This document shows, in pieces, positions 1 through 13,603 of a stretch of DNA of 64,000 nt. Position numbers and translations under genes: made by a program. Below the pieces are notes generated by a model, which had not been told where the DNA came from, did not search any database, and was given only the letters and a program-made list of their open reading frames with translations. Source of the DNA: Lama guanicoe (taxonomy: Eukaryota). Numbering within the stretch: position 1 is the first letter of the stretch; every line of letters starts with the position of its first letter. The stretch is taken from positions 446,524 through 510,523 of the forward strand of contig MU053873.1 in the NCBI GenBank assembly GCA_013239625.1, written 5' to 3'.

Positions 1-1826
1 AGAAAGGTCGGTACCTACTGAACCAAAAAAAAGTCTTTGGGAAGTTTATTCCATCATTCAATGATTTTAGATCCCTTTACACACATTTATGAAGTGTATT
101 TCGATGTGTACTTACATGAAACCCAAAAATTATATGTAGAGCTATTACTATTCACCAAATTTTATAGTCTAAAAACTAGTAATTTATAAAATAAGTCTTC
201 AAAGTTTTATGAAAGAAAAAGTGAACAATCACAAAAAGAGAGAACAAGCGGCTCCTGAGCCTCAAGACTGCTGTGATCAAAGGTAAACAGTGTGTGGTCA
301 AGAAAAAAAGTCTCCGTAAGAGGGTATCTTGGCACTCAGCAGGCACTCAAACAACTAACTTTTATAACCATTTAAAGTGTCAGCACTCTCCTCAGAAAGA
401 TTCAGCCCTGCTGATAAGGATATTAAAACTACCAAGTCTAAATGAGTTAGAAGACAAAATACAGTAAAGCTAAAACATCAGTAAAAATGACTGGAAAGAA
501 AGATAACATAGAAAATAAGATGATATACAATAAGGAAGCTTAATCCTTACCAGGATACTTATCAAGAAGTATCTTAGTTTTATGTCAGCTGTAGAAGTGG
601 GTGCTTGACAGGTTTTGGAAACAGGTTGTAAAAGAAGGCCTTTAAAATCCAAAATCAGATCAACTTATCCAGGATGTCTTTTAGTCAGGTTAGTAATATC
701 AAAACCGTAAGCATTTAAAAACTCAAATGGAAAACATGAAAGGGGCCGTCTATCTTTTGTATTACAATTTTATATTCTATTCAAATTAACTCAGAAGACT
801 GAAGAAAAGCACGTTTTGGGGAATATGGGAAAACAGATTTACCAAGGCAAATAAATGACTATTAAATTGAAAACATGATGTCACTAATGTTCTACCACAG
901 ATTATTATTCAATAGTAACATTAAAGCCATCAGCATTTTCTGAGATGTTATTAAAGCAAGAAACTCATTCACTCTAAAACTGAATATTAAATATCCTCAA
1001 GCCAGGCACTGCTTTCTACCCACTTTACTTCAGCACTAAGACAACCTAACCCCCTTGGGAAAAAGTCAGGAAATCAGGTTTTTCATTAAATTCCCAGGCT
1101 CACCATCCTCAGGGCTAGCATCTAATAGAGGAAAAAGCTTCAGGGTAGGAAGGAAGTCTACTTGCCCTGCATTACTGAGCTGTAAGCTTGTGTTGTTACA
1201 GAGGCACCAGCACAACAGAGCAAATATAAGGGCAAGGGAGCAAAAAGCTGACCAGGTAAGACAATTTGATCCATGTGATCAGTATAATAATGAGACTACA
1301 GCTACCTAAAAGTAGCCAAGAATATTCAAATCTGGTTTTCAAAGAAAATTTATTATGTGGTTAGGTCAGCACTATAACAATCACAGAAGTTAAGGAATCT
1401 TTTATTCTTCTTAAATCTCATCTTGTTTCAAATTACAATCGCAGACTGAAAAATAGGAAGAGATGCAAACTCATCCAAGTGGTTTTAGAATGGATAGGTG
1501 GTTTTGTTACCAGCTTCTAAACTTTTCCCTGGAAAGGGGTCATGGAAGAAAGGATTATTCAACCAGACAGTAAACTTAATCAGAAGGGCAAATTCTTTTA
1601 CAGAAGTCCATATTTAAGAGTAAGTCTCCTGCTTTCCCCGCTTTGTCCTACTCCCCATAGCCTGTGGCAGAGTGAAGGAATATCATCTCCGCTTTTACTC
1701 TGCAGTATCACTTCATTATCTCCTGTCTCAAATAAAGCCACCAAGGGGAATGTTAGTGTTTAAGAATCAAAAACATACACTAGCATTTTAAATAGTGTTA
1801 GTTTTTACGCATTCTTGCACAGCTTT

Positions 1827-1949
1827 TTTTGGGGGGGGGTGGTTAGGTTTATTCATTTACTTATTTATTTTTAAGGAAGGTACTGGGGATTGAACCCAGG
1901 ACCTCGTGCATCCCAAGCACAAACTACCACTGGAGCTATACGCCCCACC
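1827..1949 (-). mobile_element. Camelid tRNA-derived SINE (Vic-1-like)
   Basis: Reverse complement of the SINE head (B box GGTTCAATCCC) and tail; TSD CTTGCACAGCTTT at 1814-1826 and 1950-1962. Confidence 0.88.
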
Positions 1950-3499
1950 CTTGCACAGCTTTAGAGTCAGTCTGACCTTGCCTCAAAACCTAACTCAGCC
2001 ATTTACTAGTTCTGTAATCTCTTCATTAACATGTTTCTGATGGAAACAATATCTCAGAGTTTTACTGTAAGGATTAAATGATCTAATACACAGAAGCAAT
2101 TAGCAGTGTACTTGGCACATAGTAATCACACACATCAGCTATCATGACTAATGCCCTGTTATATATCAATCACTAGCTATACCACACTCTCTGGGTATCT
2201 CTAAACTCTCAAAAACAGTATGATCACCTCTCCTGATGAAACAAGAGGGTATCTGGAGAATAAACCAATATACATAAACACTCTTAAAGGGTCTTCATGA
2301 TAGAAGTATCCATTACTCAGTTCATAAGAGAACTACAATTAAAGTGCTGCAAACAGAGCTCTGTTTTAATATTATAATAGGACGATACAGGCTTAGTAAA
2401 ACTGGTCCAAGGGGATATTCAAATATTAAACAAAACCAACTTCCCAATAAACAGCATTATCTTCATATTTAAAAGCCAGTATTTATTATACTATGTGCCA
2501 ATCACTGAGCTATGTACTTTTCATACATTATCCCATTTAATCTTCACAGGATTGATGAAGTAGGTATAACTCATCCCCATTTCACAGTAAGGAATACAAG
2601 TCTCCCAAGGATTCACTAATTTGCCCAAGGTCAAAGAACTCGTACATTTCTAGATTCTAAAATACCAGGGTAAACATCTTACCATGATGTGACATGATAA
2701 CCTAAATCGTGCTTTCCCTTAAAAACAAAAAAGGATTTTTCAAATTCTACCAATATGACAATGAATAATAAAGTACTAAAATGTAGGTACTAAGGGAAAA
2801 AATCATTATATTGTAAATTTTACTTTAAAAACAAGAGATAATTTCAGAAGTTATATGTATAAAAGAAAAATTATCCAGAGTAACCAAATAGGGCATGAGG
2901 AAAAAATATCACCTTCTTTAAACATTCCAGCATGGACAGTTGTTCATTTGGTTAGATGTGTGCTAAGACCTATAGTGTCCTGAGTTTAATTTTCACAAGC
3001 ATATTTACTCATTTCCATAAATATTATATATAAATGTCTTTATCCATAAATCAACTGCCCTAAAAATACGTAAAAATAGGGAGAACAAGGAGAATAAACA
3101 TGGCTTGAACAAGCACAAATACATCACCTCTGTGGGAGGTGGTGGTAAAGGACAACAAAAAATGCTGCTGGGTTTATAGTATCTTGAGACGTTAAATAGT
3201 CTGAATGTACAAAGGATACTGACAGACTAGATTGCTTAGTACCTCTCAGTTCAAAAATTATGTGAAGACACTGGAATACAGTATACCTGGTGACAATACC
3301 ACAGTGATATACAAGCAGAAGTCAGCAAGACAGTTTAATTCTCAAATGTCAAAACGTACTGACCAATAGCAAAACAAGTTACAACTGTATTTAGTTAAGA
3401 TGCTTAAGAACATACTAAAACTTCTAATATAGGAAACTGAGGTAATGTGAGTATTTTGCCAACTGAGAGGTGTAAAATTAACCTCAAAATTAAACTATA

Positions 3500-3750
3500 A
3501 AAACCCATAAAGGATTGTTCTGTGGCTATAAGAGAATGTCCCTTACCTTATTCTAAGGGAATAAACTCTAAAGTATTTAGAGGCATAGGAGCACAGTGCC
3601 TCCAACTCACTCTCAAATGGTTCAGGAAAAAAAAAATGGAAAATGATAAAGCACATGAAACAAAATGTAAGCAACTGGTGAAGGGCATTGGTAAGTTCAG
3701 ATTATTTCTGTAAATTTTATTAAATTTGAAATTACATCAAAGCAAAAAAA
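3500..3750 (+). mobile_element. Old L1M (L1MC/ME-type) 3' end fragment
   Basis: CTCTCAAATGGTTCAGGAAAAAA...TTTGAAATTA pattern typical of L1M 3'UTRs. Confidence 0.55.
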
Positions 3751-4741
3751 TTAAGTCTGACACAAACATGATAGAAGATTAGTACTGTAAAACTGACCCG
3801 TATGTCAATGAAAATTTATTATTATTTTGTATTCTCTTAATGATAAAAAAAATCCAAATGAAAAAGGAGGTTGTCAAGTATATTCTGACCATGAGGAAGG
3901 CTGCACAAGACTACCCTAGAATGATGTTATTAATCATCTCGATCATACAATGCCTTGCTCACTTTCATGCCTTCCAAGCAATCTCTGATTATAACTTTAC
4001 TAATAGGTTAGGTATGCCACTCCAGTGCTCTACTAAATTTACCACCAAAAAAAGAAATGTTTTAAAAAGAATTTTAATTGTGAAACTAAAAACAAAAACA
4101 AAGGAACCATAGTAATATTAGTCAAAACTGTGACCTCTTTAGGGTGTGTATTGACTGGGGAAGGGTGGGAAGGAGTCTTAGTGGAGAAGAGCTGTAAATG
4201 TTCCTTCTTCATGGATCTATACATAGGTTAAAAACTGCCAAACTTTAAGGTTAATACACTTTATTGTGTGTATATCATATCTCATTTTTTTAAATTAAAA
4301 CAAGAAGTGCATTCAGAGAACAGAGAAGTTCTCAGTTCAAATCCAAAACCTATAATGCAACAGACTGACATATATTGTACTGGCACTCAGATTTATAACC
4401 AGTCTCTCTAATCTTGGTTAACATGAGCTCTAAGATGGGTATTTTTGAAAAAAAAAAAATAACCACTGCAGAACTTTAAGCGGAAGGTGTACAATAAGAT
4501 CAAGGCACATTCAAGGAACAAAGAAGAGCTGGCTGACAGGAGCTCCAACCAAATAACACGAAATCTTGATGAATCTGTAACATTAACTGTCTTACAAAAA
4601 GGCTAGAAATCAGGTTAGACACTCCCCTCTACTGTCTTAGTCTGTTTAAAAAAATAAACTTGGAGGATTTTTTTCCCTTTTTGAGAGGACTATGGGAATA
4701 AAAAAAATTTTAATATAGCTTTGGCAAACTTTAAAACATTA

Positions 4742-4779
4742 TTACTTTGGATGTTGTCTTTTACTTTGGATGTTGTCTT
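4742..4779. repeat. 19-bp tandem duplication TTACTTTGGATGTTGTCTT x2
   Basis: Directly visible. Confidence 0.9.
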
Positions 4780-5239
4780 TTATTCAAAACAATGTCTGCA
4801 TGTACAGGACAATATAAACCAAAATCAATGTATGTAATGGTAAAGAGTACCATGAAACTAACATTTAAGAGGCAAGTATGGAAATAGATAGGGGTAGATC
4901 AGCTACTGCTATCTTCCTTCCACTGAGCTATATCTCATTTCAGAGATTCAAGTACTGTTAACCTTCTGTGTCATTGTTTCCACTGCAGAATTTAAAACAA
5001 AATTTTTTCAAGCTCAACAGTGAAGTAAACATGCCAAGTCACCACTCAGAAACCATTCAACTCTAATTCAAAATTTTTTAGCCAACATCTCTTAATTTTT
5101 TTAAGTTCACTTTCTTAATAACAAACTAAATATAATCATGGCTCGGAAGTCCACATAAAAGGTCTGGGAATGACTACTTGAATTCTGTAAAACTAATCTG
5201 TAGTAATAGATCAGATTACAATAATCTAAAAGGAATTGA

Positions 5240-6040
5240 GCATATCCTTTTAAAAACCTCCTACAATCCATGAGAGAGAGAAAACCCCAATTGAAAAAAA
5301 TTAGACAAATGATAATGGGAAATCCAAAAAATGCAAAATTTTGACCTATATATGAAAATATGCTCAACCTCATAATCAGAAAAATACAAATGAAAGTAAT
5401 GAAGTTAACTATTTTCCACCTGTAAGACTGACAAAAAGATATCATTTAATTTCAAATACTGGAATAAGCATGGAAAATGATTCCTTGCATACACTTTTGG
5501 TAGAGGTAAAACTGTTACAGCTACTTTGAGGAGCATTTTGGCAGTATACTAAAACTACAGCTCTGCATACCATATAAGTCAGCAACTGTTTCTCTTGACA
5601 TACTTCAGAGAAGTAGTCTCATTTGCACTGAGAAGATACCTAAGAAAAATCTTCACTTCAACAGGTAATAAGAACAAAATACTAGAGACAACCTAAATAT
5701 TCACCAATAGAGGAATAGCTACATGAATAAAAAACTACATTCATATTAGAAAATGTAACATAATATTAAAGCAAATGTGTCTAAGACATTGCTGAGGATA
5801 ATGTAAAATACAGAGCAAAATGTATAGTATATCAGGAAAACGGGGAAAAAAGAATGTCATATATATTATTATTTAGGGGTATATACACAAAGACATGAGT
5901 AAGAAACAAAATTATAGTATTTACTTGTAGAGAGAATGAGAAAAAAACAGGATTGAAAGATGGTTAAGAAATTTTAGCCCTTATCTTTAATGTTTTAATA
6001 TTTTACAAAGAATTTATTCACCTACTTGAGTATTCAAATT
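5240..6040 (+). mobile_element. Degenerate L1ME-type ORF2-end/3'UTR fragment
   Basis: A-rich; residual L1 motifs (ATGCTCAACCTCA..ATCAGAAAAATACAAATGAAA; ACAACCTAAATATTCACCAATAGAGGAAT). Confidence 0.55.
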
Positions 6041-6249
6041 TTATTTTGCAAGGCACTGATGCAAACAAGAAACTGAAGTTATATGTTTTTCCTCCCTATA
6101 AAGGTTATCATCTGAGAATTATTACTGTCATTTCACACAAGTGTTGCTGTGCCTATTGCATACATATCACACACTGCTTTAGAAAACTCACAATACTCAA
6201 TTTCCAAACTACTACTGCTAAAGAACATTATCCTCTAATACACCTCAAA

Positions 6250-8030
6250 ATCTAGATGAGAAAATAAAAAAATTAAGATAAAAAACTTCAAAACTAAAAA
6301 ACATTGTTGAAAGACATTAAAGATAAGATGACTTAGACAAATGGAAAGACATCCCACGTTCATAGATCAATAGATTTAATTTGTTAAGATGGCAATACTA
6401 CTCACAAACTCATCTATAGATTCAGTGAAATCCCTCTAAAAATATCAATCGGTTTTGCATATAGTAATAAGCTGATCCTAACATTCGTAAGAAANNNNNN
6501 NNNNNNNNNNNNNNNNNNNNNNNNNNNNNNNNNNNNNNNNNNNNNNNNNNNNNNNNNNNNNNNNNNNNNNNNNNNNNNNNNNNNNNNNNNNNNNNNNNNN
6601 NNNNNNNNNNNNNNNNNNNNNNNNNNNNNNNNNNNNNNNNCTATATGTAAACATATAGGTCAATGTTAAACAAATGAGTCCACAAATAAACCCTGACAAA
6701 TATGGTCAACTGATGTTTTGACAAGGATGCCACGACATGTCAATGACATGCCATGATATGGGGGAAGAAAATGTTCAACAAATGGTGGTAGGACAACTGA
6801 ATAACCACCTACCAAAGAATGAAGCTAGAACCATACCTTACACCATATGCAAAAATTAACTCAAAATCAATCACAGACTAAATGTCAGAAGTGAAACCAT
6901 CAAACTTCTACAAGAAAACCAAGGAGTAAACCTTCATGACTGGATTATGGAATGGTTTCTTCAATAAAAAAACAAAACCCTAAGAAACAAAAGAAAAAAC
7001 TGATAAATAGCATTTCACCAAAATTAAGCATTTCTGTGCTTCAAAGGACACCATCAAGAAAGGGAAAAGACAATCCACAGAATGGGAGAAGATTTTTGCA
7101 AATTATATATCTGATTAGGGACTTGTATCCCAAATATTTAAAGGCACTACTCAACAATAACTTTAAGAATAGTAAATTTTTAAATGNNNNNNNNNNNNNN
7201 NNNNNNNNNNNNNNNNNNNNNNNNNNNNNNNNNNNNNNNNNNNNNNNNNNNNNNNNNNNNNNNNNNNNNNNNNNNNNNNNNNNNNNNNNNNNNNNNNNNN
7301 NNNNNNNNNNNNNNCCCCTCCTAAAAAATCAAAAAGACAAACAGCAAGTGTTATTAATGATGTGGAGAAATCAGAACCCTAATATACTGCTGGTGCAAAT
7401 GTGAAATGGTACAGTCATTGTTCAAAACAGTCTAGCAGGTCTTTTAAAAGCTGAACATAGTTACTACATGACTCAGCAATTTCACCCTAGGAATAAACCC
7501 TGAAGAACTGAAAACATGTGTCCACACAAAAACCTATACATAAATGTTCATAATAGCATATTCATAATAGTGAAAACNNNNNNNNNNNNNNNNNNNNNNN
7601 NNNNNNNNNNNNNNNNNNNNNNNNNNNNNNNNNNNNNNNNNNNNNNNNNNNNNNNNNNNNNNNNNNNNNNNNNNNNNNNNNNNNNNNNNNNNNNNNNNNN
7701 NNNNNNNNNNNNNNNNNNNNTGAAAGAAGTAGGACACAATGGCCATGTATGATTCCATTCATACAAAATATCCAGAATACGGAAATTCATAGAAACAAAG
7801 CAGTTGCTTTGTTTGAAAAGTTGCTTTGACTGAAAAGAGTTGGCAAAGGGGAGGAAATGCTAAAGAGTATGGGGTGTCTTTTGGGGGTGTTGAAAATGTT
7901 CTGAAATTAGTGGTGATAACTAAACAGCTCCATGAATATACTAAAATTTACTGAACTGTACACTTTAAAAGGGCGAATTTTATGGTATGTGAATTTTATT
8001 TAAACAAAGCTACCATTAAGAAAGAAAGAA
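6250..8030 (+). mobile_element. L1M (L1MB-like) 3' ORF2 plus 3'UTR, interrupted by three N-runs
   Basis: ORF2 remnants (AAATGGAAAGACATCCCACGTTCATAG; TTCAACAAATGGTG; ACACCATATGCAAAAATTAACTCAAAA) and an L1MB-type 3'UTR end. Confidence 0.85.
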
Positions 8031-8092
8031 AAGCAAAAAGGAAAATAAGGTTTCCACTATTACTCTTCAGTTCCTTTGGGGGGGGGGGGATT

Positions 8093-8490
8093 TGTACTAG
8101 ACAGTCTTCTCCAGAGAAATAGAACCAATAGGATCTATATATGAAAAGACTTACTTATTATTTATAAGGAACTGGCTTATAGAATTATGACAGATGAGAA
8201 TTCCCATTATTTGCCATCTGCAAGCTGGAGACCCAAGAAAGCCAATGGTCTAATTTCAGGTCAAGCCCAAAGGCCAGAGAACCAGGGGAAGCTGATGATG
8301 TAAATCCCAGTCCAAGGGCAGAAGCCCAATGCTCGAATGCAGACAGGCAGGAAGCAAAAAGAGGCAAATTCCTTCTTCCTCTACACTTTTGTTCTCGTCA
8401 GATCCTCAAAGGATTGGATGATAACCATCCAAAAAGGAGGCAGGGGGAGAGGGGATCTATTAATATTCCACCTATTCCAATGTTAACTGG
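8093..8490 (-). mobile_element. MLT2 (ERVL) LTR
   Basis: TGTA.TAG..AG..TTCTCCAGAGAAATAGAACCAATAGGA...TCTGCAAGCTGGAGACCCAAGAAAGCCAATGG signature. Confidence 0.8.
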
Positions 8491-10584
8491 TTTTTTTGTT
8501 TGTTTTTTTAATTATTATTTTTTTATCTCCAAGGCTTAGGCTACTCTCAAGCTACTACCCCAATATTCAGAGAGAATACAGGACAGAAAAATTACTATCA
8601 GCATGAAGAAAAAAAGAAAGGGAAAAATGGTCATTAAGATACTATAGTATTACAAGAGGACACCTCCCGCTGCCCTCCCCCGCAAAAAAATCCACACACA
8701 AAACCCTGTTTCAATCTTTAAGCCAAACGGAATTTATATCTATGCCTTATATCAAAGTATGAACAATTTCTATACTAGAGAATTATTTATATATAAGGTT
8801 AAAAAAGCTTTATCCATTACTAGGTGTACAATACTGGTCTTAACATGATTTCTTTTACCCCTAAGATTCTTTGCCTACCACTCAAAAAGTTTAAATATCA
8901 ACCCCATTTCCTTTTTTTTTAGACAGATAAAAATATAAATATCCAAATGAATATAACACAACATTCAGATATTCTAAATACTAGCAGGAGCCAAAACCGA
9001 ATAGACAAATTTAGCAAGAACACTATTTACTAAATTCCCACATTCAGACTTCACCTTAAGCACCTTGTATTCCTAAAGTCTTAATCTTAGCCATGAATTT
9101 ACTGATGGGCTTAGTTTTACAGACTCCAAAAAAAAGTTTTCTCTAACCTATTACAGATAGCTTAATCAGCAGAAATGAGTCACTTAATTAACATAATATG
9201 CAGTGATCTAATAATTTTTTAGCTAATAAATAACAAGTTCCTGAGTTATTTAATTTTTAGAGCAAATTACCCAAATCTTAAGAATAATAAAAGCAAGGGT
9301 AAAATAAAATGCACTTAAAAAGACATCAACCAGTAACCTAATAAAGTTAGATACCTGAAATACATTACAAACATAATTATACTGGGTTGAGTTTAATCTA
9401 GAAAAGTATTTCCTACAGGATTGGAAACATGCCCAAAGGTCAATGTAAATTAATAGTCCAAAAACACATATTATATTTCAAGAGCCAAATTTCTTATTGG
9501 GCATATATCAATTTTTTTTACAACAATAATTTTGTTAACCTTGTGAACAAACTTCCCTTCCTCCTTTCATGGCTAGCTTTTGCATTCAACATATATAAAA
9601 TCACGCAGTTTAAACCACTTCACCAAATGTGTCAGTGAGAAATCCATGGCAAAACAGAATGTCATTCACTTTTAAGTATGTACCCTTTTGGTATAAAGAA
9701 TAAAAATGTGCCATCTTAAATAAAGAATTAGGAAAAGTCAGGGCCTAGAGATAACTTTTTTCACCCCTAGAAAAGAAAAACAGGAAGCATAAAAAGTGAG
9801 GATCTTAACTAATGAGCTAGTGACAAAACTATATAGTCATATGATACTTTTCCCCAAAACATTAAGAGCTATAATTTTAGATTTTAGCCTGATACTAAAA
9901 TGTCTCTCGTGGGGAGGAAAGAAATAAAACTGACCATGTAAGTCAACAAATCTTTCTTTGTATTCCTAAAAGCAAATATTGGGTACCTCTACCTTTTAGA
10001 ATCCACAACCAGTAGCATCATTATTTTAGTTAAAATTTCCTTTACTCTTAACATGACATGATAAGAGTCCCTTTAAATTAACAGTTGATTGAGAATTTTC
10101 AGATTCTGGTAAAACTCCCAGAACACAGGGAGAGGGAAAAAAAAGCAGAAGACATCTTAACTATTCAGCAGTTTGCCCACTTGATTTTAAAAAAACAACA
10201 TATACATGAGTAATTCCCCAACTTCTATTCCTATTCCTTTTCAGGCTACAAACTGAATGAGATCAGACATCATGTAATCTTGTTCCCCAACTGCATCCAC
10301 AGGTTAAGGCGTAAGTGTCTAGTAAATAGATAGCACTTGGTAAACATTTATTAATAAAACCTAAGCCAATCCTGTAGAGGAGATAGGCAAAGATAATAAA
10401 GAAGATATTTCAAGGCAGTAAAAATATTTCAGAGAGTTCCTGTCTGCTACCAAAATGAAAAACTTCTTAAAGTTCAAAAATAACTAGACTACATGAAAGT
10501 TATTTTACGTTATATGACAAATTTAGAGATGCTTGCTTAACATCATGCATGGACTTATTTTTTTAATACATCAAGAAGTAAAAC

Positions 10585-10767
10585 CTTAACAAGGTCCTAC
10601 TGTATAGCACAGGGAACTATACTCAATATCTTGTTATGGCCTATAATTAAAAAGAGTATGAAAAGGAATATACATATATATATAAATGAATCACTATGCT
10701 GCACACCAGAAATCTACACAACATTGTAAACTGACTATACTTCAATTTAAAAAAATAAATTTAAAAA
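10585..10767 (+). mobile_element. 5'-truncated cetartiodactyl/camelid L1 3' end
   Basis: CTGTATAGCACAGGGAACTATA.TCAATATCTTG...ACATTGTAAACTGACTATACTTCAA + A-tail; TSD AAGAAGTAAAAC at 10573-10584 and 10768-10779. Confidence 0.88.
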
Positions 10768-11655
10768 AAGAAGTAAAACTATTCTAGCATACATTGGGAG
10801 ATCAACGTTAAGAAAGAAATATACATATCTTTAAAAGTTCTCAATACCCCAAGCACAGATCATGCTCCCAACACTTCCTTCCAGGTTCATTTCAACCAGC
10901 AGTTATTAATCTTTGCTAATGAAACACCTAAACTCTCAGCACTAGGAACATAAGACACTTGATGATTTCAGACAGGAAAAAAAAAAAATTAAGATAAATA
11001 AGCAACTTTCATGTATCGAACAATCCCCTTCCAGTTCTTCAAATCCCATGTAATCATTAACAAAAAAAATTTACTCATAAACTGTCTTCAAACTACACAA
11101 AGACCTTATCCATATATATCATAAATACAAATGTCAACTTAACCATAAATTACTGACACAGAAAAGCTGTAAATGGAAAGCAAAGTAAAGTATTAAATAA
11201 ACGCACAATATTTTTTATAACTTTCTATCTTTTACCTAGTAGCAATAATGACAACAAAATGAGAAATTATTTGACACCTTTTGTCAATATTTAAATGCTG
11301 GCACTATTAAGTGGTGCCAAAACTGGCACAAAGACTTTGTTTCAGTGAAATAAAGGTTCTGGTGAACAAAGTTGGCCCAATTTAATAGGTGAAAATTACA
11401 CGATTATACAGTCTACCAGATGTATGTTACAACTTTTAATGTAAATCCAAGTACAATTTTTTAAATCTTGTATATGAAGGGTCTTTTCTTGGGTGATAAG
11501 TAGAGAAGAGAATACTACTAACAAAACTGAAATCTGTAGTCCTAAACAATGACCCAACCATAAGAGATACCTTTGCGCACACAATCTTTTCTTTAAGCAA
11601 TAAATACAAAAACATAATGCTGCCTTCATACGAAAAAACAGTCACTTAGAATCAC

Positions 11656-11910
11656 CTTTCCTCTTCTAATGTAAAGTTGGTTTTTCGTGTTTGAATTATT
11701 TCCGTATTTAATGAATACCAGCTGGTGGAATCCAATGCACCTTTACTAAAGGTGTTGGGATATTATAGAAGAAGAGCAGGATAATCCGTCATTAGTTAAT
11801 GACATTATATCTTAAAGTTCAAACTGGTTGCAGTGGCCAATGAGACAGTTTCAGCTACCAGTCTCAGGCATCAGAGGGCAACTGGCAGATCCAGGGTACT
11901 GTTCACAATC
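11656..11910 (-). other. Internal 5'UTR exon (255 nt) with several uATGs
   Basis: Minus strand: acceptor ctttgtaatag|GATTG and donor GAAAG|gtgatt; non-repetitive sequence with retained CpGs in an AT-rich intron; no long ORF. Confidence 0.65.
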
Positions 11911-12398
11911 CTATTACAAAGGCCACACATTTTTAATTTACATACAATTCTGTAATGAATAATTATGACATAAATTATTGACTAAGCCAAGAGAGTTGCT
12001 GCAAAAGGTCACCTGCAAAATGCAATGTATTAATTTACTTAAAGGCTATAAATAGCTTTTATCATGCAGAATTCTGCATTTCTAAAAGATTAGTCTGTCC
12101 ATGATGGAGTAACTGGTTAGGAACTAGCCCATTCACCATCACCAACTAGAACACTGGACAAAAATATATTAAACAATCCTTAGATGTTGCACAATAGACA
12201 GCACAGAACTTCAGTCCCTGAGAAAGGAGAAACAAATTACCTCACACCTATTACTGCCCAAGCTTTTTGCCTCAAAGCACTTTCTATACCCTGGTCAAAA
12301 GGGGGGAATCCAAGCACAGCAGAAACCAAACCAGAAACTCGAGTATGAGTTTCAGAAGGCTAAGGCAGCGTTAATTTCTAGGGCATTTTTCTGTCTTT

Positions 12399-12521
12399 TT
12401 TTGAAGTATAGTTGACTATACAATATTATGTTAGTTTCAAGTGTACAACAGTGACTCAATGTTTTTACAGATTATACTTCATATAAAGTTGCATATTAAA
12501 TACTGGCTGTATTCACTGTGC
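12399..12521 (-). mobile_element. Short L1 3' end (laurasiatherian/cetartiodactyl type), antisense
   Basis: TTTTTGAAGTATAGTTGA..TACAATATTATGTTAGTTTCAAGTGTACAACA; imperfect TSD TTCT(G/A)TCTTT. Confidence 0.8.
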
Positions 12522-13105
12522 TTCTATCTTTACTAAACTAAGCTGTATACGCATAGGATGAGATTCCATTAGGGTGGGCAAAGAAGAATCACTGGGTAAT
12601 GAACAACTACCTAGCAACAACTACTAGAGTTTATTTTATACAGACATTGGGTTCCAACAAACCCCAGAGTGAAGAGATCTTACTGAACATTCAGAGGATT
12701 TAGCTGAGACCTTACAGGCATAGATAAACCAGCCCTAGGGTAAAGGCTCCTCTCCTGCCCCACCCTAACAAAGCTTTAAATAAAAATAAACGGTGATAAA
12801 TATAAAGATCTTTCCCTCTTTAAAAGATAGCTGACTGTTTAAAGCAAATAAAACAATGAATTATGGGTTTACATATCTAGTTGTATGACAAGAGCACAAA
12901 GGACAGAAGGGAAAATGGAAGTACACTACCAGAGGGTTCTCATGTTATATACATCAAATGGTATATTATTTGAAGGTAGACTGTGATAAGAGGTTTACTA
13001 TATACCCTTGAGCAGTTAGAGAAAAACAAGCCCAGTTAATACACTAATACGAGAGGAAATAAATACTACAAAATACTTAACCCAAAACATGGCAAGAAAG
13101 ATAAA

Positions 13106-13603
13106 GAATAGTTGGGATATATAGAGTAGAGGAAAAGTTTTTCCTCCCTGACACTAAGATTCAATATTGGAGGACAGCAAATTAAACTGAAACTCACAGG
13201 TTGGGGATTTTGGGGACTAGGTTTAGTCATATGAATATGAAAATGCACAAAAGAAGTGGCTCTCTAAACAGAGAAAGATGAGGGTTTATATACCTAATTT
13301 AATAGAAGAGGGAGGAGATGAAAAGGCTTCTGCAGGGAACAAAAAAATGAGTTTCTAGAGAAATAAACAGAAAAAAGTTTGTGATAATGTTTGCTTATGC
13401 AAGTAAGTGGTCTTACCTACTTTTTCTTAATGGCCATAACATTTCTATGGAGAGGGGATTCACAGGAGCCTCAGTCCCAGAAACTTCAGCTTTTACAGAG
13501 AAAAGAGAAGCTCCAAGAAGGCTTCTTTCTGCATGTTGAGTATCAAATGCCTTTAGTTTAAAATAATTTTATATCAATTCTGGAGGTCCAAGTGGATCCC
13601 CAC
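13106..13603 (-). mobile_element. Probable ERV solo LTR inserted in L1
   Basis: ~500-bp non-L1 block interrupting L1 and ending ...GGATCCCCACA; LTR-like sequence character; family not determined. Confidence 0.5.

Noticed and set aside
2934-3000. Faint similarity to a tRNA-Ile-like head
   Set aside because: Too degenerate; no intact B box or TSD.
6478-7790. ORFs containing X-runs (also 45222-45926)
   Set aside because: Artefacts of N-runs within degenerate L1 sequence.
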